DNA of 30,508 nt from positions 1-30,508 of IMG/VR virus record IMGVR_UViG_3300027732_000087; one strand, given 5' to 3'. The stretch is from a virus (taxonomy: Duplodnaviria > Caudoviricetes). Position 1 is the first letter of the stretch. Each line of letters opens with the position of its first letter. Positions 25,318 to 30,508 of this stretch are shown here, in pieces. The translations under genes and the position numbers were made by a program. The notes below the pieces were generated by a model. That model searched no databases and was not told the origin of the DNA. It was given only the letters and a program-made list of their open reading frames with translations.

Positions 25318-26523
25318 TTAATATATTGCGTATGTTCCCCTTGTTGGATTATCTAACTGATAACCTACTGCATACCTGATAGCATCTAATGCATGGTTAT
25401 GTTTATCAATTGGTGTTTTAGATTTCTTCTCTAGCCAACAGTAATTATTCAACTCCTTAATTAAATCAACTGAATCTTCATCTACTATTAAATCGTAATC
25501 TTGTAGTATTGTAATGCCATGAGTAACACTTCCTTGACCTTTCACAGCTTCAAGTATATTCAAGCCTTTAGAACGTAATTCATTTATTAATCTCGGCTCG
25601 GCACAATCCGCAATGATTAACCTATCTTCTGCATAGTGTTTATTAAGTTGGTATATTTCTGTAGTAGTTAACGCTGTTTGATACATTAATAACTTAAGAT
25701 ATATTTTCTTGTTAACTGAATCTATTGATGTTGCAACCAATGTAGATGGGTCGTTTGAGAATCCAAAATCTTGACCGTACACAACCGTACCTACATCTTG
25801 AAATTTACCTATACTCCAATTGGTAAAAATAACTCCTTCAGCTTTATCCAACCAACCACCTAGTATTTGATGTTGATATCTTTCAGGTCTTCGTAGCTTA
25901 ATAGTTTCAATCTGTTGTAGGAATGATTCAGATAGATTCTCAATGTTATCTAAATACGTTGTATGTATGTACGTTGTATCTGCTTTAGTTATGTTACTTC
26001 CCGCAGCAACTCCTTTGCTTTCAAAGAATCTTTGATATATGAAGTGTTCTTTAGTAGCAGGATTAAGAATAAGAATAACTCTATTCTGTTTTGTCTTATG
26101 CCTAATAGATAAATCAATTTTATCAAACGTATCTTCATCTGTTAACTCTTCAGCTTCATCTAATACCCAAGTAGTAACTCCAGCCAATGATTTTAAGTTT
26201 GCAGTTTGTGTTCCTGAACTTGTTTTGATTCCTTTAAAGATTATTTTACTACCTGAATTGATATTGACGATCTCATCTTTGGTTATAATAAACTCATGTG
26301 CTAATTTAAGCAATTCAATCTTTTCTATAAATTCTGGAATGATTGATATAGATGCCGAAACCAATGTATAACGTGTGAATAGAATAACGTGACCTGATTC
26401 TCTAGATAACATAACAAGAAAAGAAGTAATAGAAAATGACTTACTACTACCTCTTCCTCCTGTTGCTATAAAATACCTAGAGTCTGAACCTAAAGCATTA
26501 TACTTATCATTTACTAGTACCAA
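25318..26523 (-). CDS. terL: Terminase large subunit, PBSX/SPP1-like
   Basis: GGRGSSKS Walker A, WVLDEAEE Walker B, LNP, GQDFGFSNDP, DCAEP and NHALDAIRY motifs. Confidence 0.95.
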   Translation of the reverse strand: MVLVNDKYNALGSDSRYFIATGGRGSSKSFSITSFLVMLSRESGHVILFTRYTLVSASISIIPEFIEKIELLKLAHEFIITKDEIVNINSGSKIIFKGIKTSSGTQTANLKSLAGVTTWVLDEAEELTDEDTFDKIDLSIRHKTKQNRVILILNPATKEHFIYQRFFESKGVAAGSNITKADTTYIHTTYLDNIENLSESFLQQIETIKLRRPERYQHQILGGWLDKAEGVIFTNWSIGKFQDVGTVVYGQDFGFSNDPSTLVATSIDSVNKKIYLKLLMYQTALTTTEIYQLNKHYAEDRLIIADCAEPRLINELRSKGLNILEAVKGQGSVTHGITILQDYDLIVDEDSVDLIKELNNYCWLEKKSKTPIDKHNHALDAIRYAVGYQLDNPTRGTYAIY

Positions 26524-26797
26524 CTTTGAAGTAGTCTTTAATATTGAAATCGTTTACATTCAATGTTGTTTCTACCGTATCTTTTGCTTTACCGAATAGA
26601 TGCTCTGCTACAAAGATTTGACCTCTTTGTGAATCTAATAAATCTACAATAAAAGCTACTTTATTACTTTCATCCGTATCTTGCTTGTAAAGAACTTTAA
26701 GTGCTTTGTTGAACAATGTATTCACTTTCTCTTCTTCTACCTTTGGCTTTCTTCCTGCGTTCTTATTACCGCCATTATTCTTCCTATTATCTTCCAT
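26507..26797 (-). CDS. Probable terminase small subunit (likely start MEDNRK)
   Basis: NGGNKNAGRKPK motif; overlaps the terL start. Confidence 0.6.
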   Translation of the reverse strand: MEDNRKNNGGNKNAGRKPKVEEEKVNTLFNKALKVLYKQDTDESNKVAFIVDLLDSQRGQIFVAEHLFGKAKDTVETTLNVNDFNIKDYFKVGTSK

Positions 26798-26821
26798 ATT
26801 CAAAAAAGTATTCATTAATGA

Positions 26822-27034
26822 TTAATTCTCATTATATGCCATCTGTTTAAAAACATCCTTTGTTACTTCATTCAATTCTATTTCTTGAATGCTATAATCA
26901 AAAAACACTATATATGAATAACCACTTACTTGCAAATTTGTTTTTAGTTTCTTCCATTCCTTTAGATGGATTCTATCATTTACAACTGCGATGTAGTATT
27001 TCATATCTTCTGGCTTATACATTTTGTGTAACAC
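26822..27034 (-). CDS. Hypothetical protein
   Basis: ORF in operon; start uncertain. Confidence 0.55.
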   Translation of the reverse strand: MLHKMYKPEDMKYYIAVVNDRIHLKEWKKLKTNLQVSGYSYIVFFDYSIQEIELNEVTKDVFKQMAYNEN

Positions 27035-27042
27035 ATTTTGTA

Positions 27043-27459
27043 TTAAACAACTTGCTCATAAGTTGAATGTACTTTTTTAAGTGCGTTCATTATATCTCTC
27101 CAACAACTAGCACAATTAGAAGGTGCATCTGCTTTCTTGAATACTCTATTGTATATTGCTAACATTTTAGTTTGTTCTCCGTGTTTTAGATCGTCACGTT
27201 TAGAAAGAATGTAAGCATCTATATACTGGTATTCGTCTTCTGTTAGACACAAAGGATTATTATACGGAAATAATTTGTTCAATGTTTCTTTTCGCTTGTC
27301 GCATCCGCAATCATCTCCAGCAATAAAGTGAACAAGTTTAGATATACCTGTTGCTTGAAATACCTTCTCTACTGTATCACCTAATCCTTGTGATTCTTTT
27401 ACTCTAGCTTCAGCCATTTGCTCTGGTGTTCTTCTAGTTCTTTTTACTTGCTTTGCCAT
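27043..27459 (-). CDS. Hypothetical, possibly metal-binding protein
   Basis: GLGDTVEK, DCGC and CASC motifs. Confidence 0.7.
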   Translation of the reverse strand: MAKQVKRTRRTPEQMAEARVKESQGLGDTVEKVFQATGISKLVHFIAGDDCGCDKRKETLNKLFPYNNPLCLTEDEYQYIDAYILSKRDDLKHGEQTKMLAIYNRVFKKADAPSNCASCWRDIMNALKKVHSTYEQVV

Positions 27460-27613
27460 TGTTCAATTCTGTTAAATATTGAATACTCATCATTAATGCA
27501 GTCAAGAAATGATAATCTGCTAAGTTAGGTGTTTCGGACTTTCCTATTTCATCCATCTTCAAAGCAATACCTGCTGCTTGTTCTTCTAAAAATTTGTTTA
27601 CTGTTTTATTCAT
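27434..27613 (-). CDS. Hypothetical 59 aa protein (not in ORF track)
   Basis: MNKTVNKFLEEQAAGIALKMDEIG...; fills the gap after the sigma gene. Confidence 0.6.
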   Translation of the reverse strand: MNKTVNKFLEEQAAGIALKMDEIGKSETPNLADYHFLTALMMSIQYLTELNNGKASKKN

Positions 27614-27618
27614 AGTTG

Positions 27619-28152
27619 TTATATTAATTCAAAATCGTTATTCTTAAAATCTTCGTAATCTTCTGATACGTTATCTTTGATTCTTTCTTTACAATACTTC
27701 AATGTGTGAAATATAGAAGTCGTTGAAATGTGTGTACGTTCTGCAATATCCCTGATTGAATCTCCTGACTTTGCATATAGCTTGAATAACATCTTATCAA
27801 ACCATTCCCAGCTATCTATTTCTTTGTCAATCTTACTTAACATTCTTGAATAAGCTACTGATTCTTCTAATTCACAAACGTATTCCACTTCAAAACCGTT
27901 TCCAATTCTAACTTTATCTATCTTATTGCGTTCTTTTATTGCTGAAATAAAAATAGATCGTAAAGTAAACCAAATATAAGACTTATTGACTTGACCATTT
28001 TTGACAATCTTTTCTTCTGTAGTATATTTAAGTAGTTTTATGTACATCTCTTGAACTATATCTTCACAGTATTCAACTTCTCCCCATCCTTTGACAATGG
28101 ATACCCATTCTTTATGATGTTTAGCAATATGTTTTAGCCAATCTGCGCTCAT
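27619..28152 (-). CDS. ECF-like (sigma70 family) RNA polymerase sigma factor
   Basis: Region 2 EDIVQEMYIKL and YIWFTLRS; region 4 HTH SIRDIAERTHISTTSIFHTL; 177 aa. Confidence 0.8.
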   Translation of the reverse strand: MSADWLKHIAKHHKEWVSIVKGWGEVEYCEDIVQEMYIKLLKYTTEEKIVKNGQVNKSYIWFTLRSIFISAIKERNKIDKVRIGNGFEVEYVCELEESVAYSRMLSKIDKEIDSWEWFDKMLFKLYAKSGDSIRDIAERTHISTTSIFHTLKYCKERIKDNVSEDYEDFKNNDFELI

Positions 28153-28172
28153 AATAGACGTTAATTTTCTGT

Positions 28173-28202
28173 AAAGATATAAAATAAAATGAATAATACA
28201 AA
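28173..28202 (-). promoter_or_regulatory. Host-type promoter for the sigma gene
   Basis: TTG-N19-TATCTTTA, one mismatch to TAnnTTTG. Confidence 0.55.
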
Positions 28203-28272
28203 AATAAAAATAAAAATAATTATTCTAGTCCTTTGTAAAGTTTGTTTATTATGTAAATGTATATTAAATTTC

Positions 28273-28656
28273 TCATAATTCAAATTCTTTTAAGTATAAA
28301 TCAATCACTCTTTTTGTCTTCTCTAAGTCTTCTCGGAATTGTCCTTTCTTTCTGCATCTTACAATACGTTTCAAAATATCAAATTCATACGCATTTAGTT
28401 CGTGTTGTTTAGCGAATAGGTAAAGACTTCCATTCGTGTTATTGTAGTGCTGGTCTTTTGATTCAAGTACAGGAGTAAACATCTCTATTATTTCAGTAAA
28501 TTTAAAACACCATAAATAACTTTTATCTAAAACAACATCAATATAACTACCATCAATGTTTACAATTTCATACTCTTTATTAAACTGAATATATTTATAC
28601 GATTCAGCTTCAGGATTCAATCCACCTTTGTATCTTACTTTATCTCCTACTTTCAT
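28273..28656 (-). CDS. SH3/KOW-like N-terminus plus DUF3310-like (T7 gp1.7-like) C-terminus
   Basis: MKVGDKVRY; QHY...ILKRIVRCRKKGQFREDLEK. Confidence 0.5.
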   Translation of the reverse strand: MKVGDKVRYKGGLNPEAESYKYIQFNKEYEIVNIDGSYIDVVLDKSYLWCFKFTEIIEMFTPVLESKDQHYNNTNGSLYLFAKQHELNAYEFDILKRIVRCRKKGQFREDLEKTKRVIDLYLKEFEL

Positions 28657-28736
28657 AACCTTGTATATTTATCAACTATTACTGTAATTATTATCAATCC
28701 AATGGCTATTACACCTATTGTTATTTCTCTGCTCAT
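28653..28736 (-). CDS. 27 aa single-TM micropeptide (not in ORF track)
   Basis: MSREITIGVIAIGLIIITVIVDKYTRL; ATGA overlap with the next gene. Confidence 0.5.
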   Translation of the reverse strand: MSREITIGVIAIGLIIITVIVDKYTRL

Positions 28737-28760
28737 CTTATCTATTTGTTTGTGTTAACA

Positions 28761-29294
28761 CTATGATACATCTTTTAACTTCGCTTTATATTCCAAAAGT
28801 AGTGATTTAAGTTCAATCTTCGTGAATTTTCTTGTTAAATATGCTTTTTCACGTAGAATCATAAATTCATCTTTACCTATGTATTTCTCCAAGTTAATGC
28901 CATACTCGATTAGATTGCCTGATAATCTTACGTTACACTTGTAACAACAACTAAAAACGTTATTCTCATCAAATCGTACATTATAATGGTTATTAGCATT
29001 ATAGTAATGTGATGCGTGAACTACTCCGTTTATCTTTTTACCACACGAGAAACAAGGTTTACCCTCATCTCTTTGCCGAATGAACTTATTAAACACCTGT
29101 TGCGTCATCTTCAAATAGTCTTGCAACGTTAACAAATCTTCTTTCTGCTTAATCTTCTTTTCTTTCTTTATACTGGCTAAATTCTTTAATGCTTCAGCAG
29201 TTTTTAAACATACTTCACATCTATTAGTTGATAAAGTTGAATTAAACTTTTTGATAGGCTCAAATGATTCTTTACAATCCTTACAATATTTCAT
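28761..29294 (-). CDS. ninG: NinG/Rap recombination endonuclease
   Basis: QVFNKFIRQRD, CFSCG, HASHY, RFDENN and CYKCN..LSGN motifs. Confidence 0.88.
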   Translation of the reverse strand: MKYCKDCKESFEPIKKFNSTLSTNRCEVCLKTAEALKNLASIKKEKKIKQKEDLLTLQDYLKMTQQVFNKFIRQRDEGKPCFSCGKKINGVVHASHYYNANNHYNVRFDENNVFSCCYKCNVRLSGNLIEYGINLEKYIGKDEFMILREKAYLTRKFTKIELKSLLLEYKAKLKDVS

Positions 29295-29547
29295 CTTCTT
29301 GTTGTTTAATTAGTTGCTTCTTCAGTCTTAAATTTTCTAAATGCAAACTTGAATTAATGTTATACTGTTGTTCAATCGCTTTAGATAATGTTTTAATCGT
29401 TTCTAATACACTTTCTAATGCTTTTGCTTCACTTAGTATGTTTTGCTTTTTTTCTTCGCTTAAATGCAATGATTTAGAACGAAACAATAAACGATTAATT
29501 GATATGCTTAAATCAATTCTTGCTAGTTGTATTTGTAATTCATTCAT
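29281..29547 (-). CDS. Hypothetical coiled-coil protein, allele B
   Basis: 88 aa; homologous to 1..242. Confidence 0.75.
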   Translation of the reverse strand: MNELQIQLARIDLSISINRLLFRSKSLHLSEEKKQNILSEAKALESVLETIKTLSKAIEQQYNINSSLHLENLRLKKQLIKQQEDEIL

Positions 29548-30392
29548 AATACGTTTTTTCCTTCGTTTAAAAATTGTGTTCCGTTCTGTAATTTAAACAT
29601 AACTGGCTCAGCTGCGAATGTAGGCTTACCACCAGTTTCAGTTTCTTTAACTTTCTTGATATGAACTTCTGTAAACATCCAAAAGTTAGTATGCATTGGA
29701 TATCTATGAATAACAATGAAATCATCTGCACGATTACCCCACTTACCACCACCTTCAGCATCCGCCATATTAGGTGCTTGTGGCATACCTTCATAATCAC
29801 CTGCTTTGTGCGTTTTACGCAGTGCTTCAGTTGCTGCGTGAATACACATATAGATTGAAGTATTCGTTTTTTTCGCAAACAAACGAAGTTTAGTAGCCAT
29901 TTCATAATCTAAATCGTGTGCATTAGCAAACTTTGGCTTTAAGAATGAATTGTGTGGATCAATCATCAAAGTATCATAATCACCTAACACTTGTACTTCT
30001 TTCATAAATTCTTCAATAGTCCAAGCCTTTTGAGCATCTATAAAATCAAAATGCGATTCAATAAAGTTTTTGCAGTTTTCTAGTTGTTTAGGTAACATAT
30101 CTTTAATCTTGCATCCAGCATATAATTCAATCAAATTTCTTTTCAATCCGTTAACACTATTCTCAGCTGAATAAATTAGATGTTTAAGATTATGCTTTTT
30201 AGCCAAACAAAGCAAGTACCATAGCACCCAATACGTTTTACCTACATTTGCGTGTCCTAAAACAATATTGAATGAAGCACGTTTGAATCGTAGATTAACA
30301 TCTAAATCAATACCTAATCCTAAACCCAAAGGAATCTTATCTAACCTAGACAATTCTAAAAATTCATCGCTACTTCTATGATTAACTATCAT
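29544..30392 (-). CDS. SF4-like helicase, allele B
   Basis: 279 of 282 aa identical to 239..1087. Confidence 0.8.
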   Translation of the reverse strand: MIVNHRSSDEFLELSRLDKIPLGLGLGIDLDVNLRFKRASFNIVLGHANVGKTYWVLWYLLCLAKKHNLKHLIYSAENSVNGLKRNLIELYAGCKIKDMLPKQLENCKNFIESHFDFIDAQKAWTIEEFMKEVQVLGDYDTLMIDPHNSFLKPKFANAHDLDYEMATKLRLFAKKTNTSIYMCIHAATEALRKTHKAGDYEGMPQAPNMADAEGGGKWGNRADDFIVIHRYPMHTNFWMFTEVHIKKVKETETGGKPTFAAEPVMFKLQNGTQFLNEGKNVL

Positions 30393-30508
30393 TTCTTTTT
30401 TGTTTTTATGTGAAAGCCATTTACATCAATTTCATTACCCCATTGGTCGGTTGAAATTACATCCGCTTTTGTATTTATTACATTATCATTTACATTATCA
30501 TTAACAGT
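29544..30508. repeat. Right copy of the imperfect terminal repeat
   Basis: 30382..30508 equals 1077..1203 exactly (127 bp); the rest is ~94-95% identical. Confidence 0.97.

Larger units (their letters stand above)
1..30508 (-). mobile_element. Complete or near-complete Caudoviricetes (siphovirus-like) phage genome, unit length ~29,305 bp, probable Flavobacteriia host
   Basis: Terminase, portal, capsid, tail, tape measure, lysis and replication genes are co-oriented; the ends overlap; no host housekeeping genes, integrase or repressor recognised. Confidence 0.93.

Noticed and set aside
356-29858. All plus-strand ORFs in the track, and nested minus ORFs 262..573 and 29567..29905
   Set aside because: They are shadows of well-supported minus-strand genes, with no motifs or promoters
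1-30508. Stop-codon reassignment, tRNA genes, introns/inteins, lysogeny module
   Set aside because: Standard-code ORFs tile the genome with normal lengths and all three stops used; no cloverleaf, intein, integrase or CI-like repressor recognised by eye

Overview
Essentially complete, AT-rich, ~29.3 kb siphovirus-like tailed phage genome. All credible genes lie on the minus strand. The host is most likely Bacteroidota/Flavobacteriia: TTG-N19-TAnnTTTG promoters, A-rich leaders without Shine-Dalgarno sequences and a CKKEE lipoprotein. In transcription order (high to low coordinates) the modules are: SF4-like helicase, NinG and an ECF-like sigma factor; terminase; tail genes placed before head genes; lysis genes with a u-spanin-like protein; a metallophosphoesterase; a ~320 bp control region; small early genes; ERF/exonuclease/SSB recombination genes; a ParB-MT-A70 methyltransferase plus PD-(D/E)XK nuclease; and a DUF6291-like initiator with internal iteron-like repeats. 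The ends overlap at an offset of 29,305 bp as a diverged helicase allele plus a 127 bp exact match, probably a strain bubble in the assembly. Best leads: (1) a kissing-loop terminator RNA leader ahead of the methylase/nuclease/replication operon; (2) an ACA-N15-TGTTA motif before four virion gene blocks, matching the phage-encoded sigma factor; (3) a T9 -1 frameshift with ~200 nt of dual coding; (4) a candidate antisense sRNA against duplicated early leaders. All product calls come from motif recognition by eye, not from database searches.
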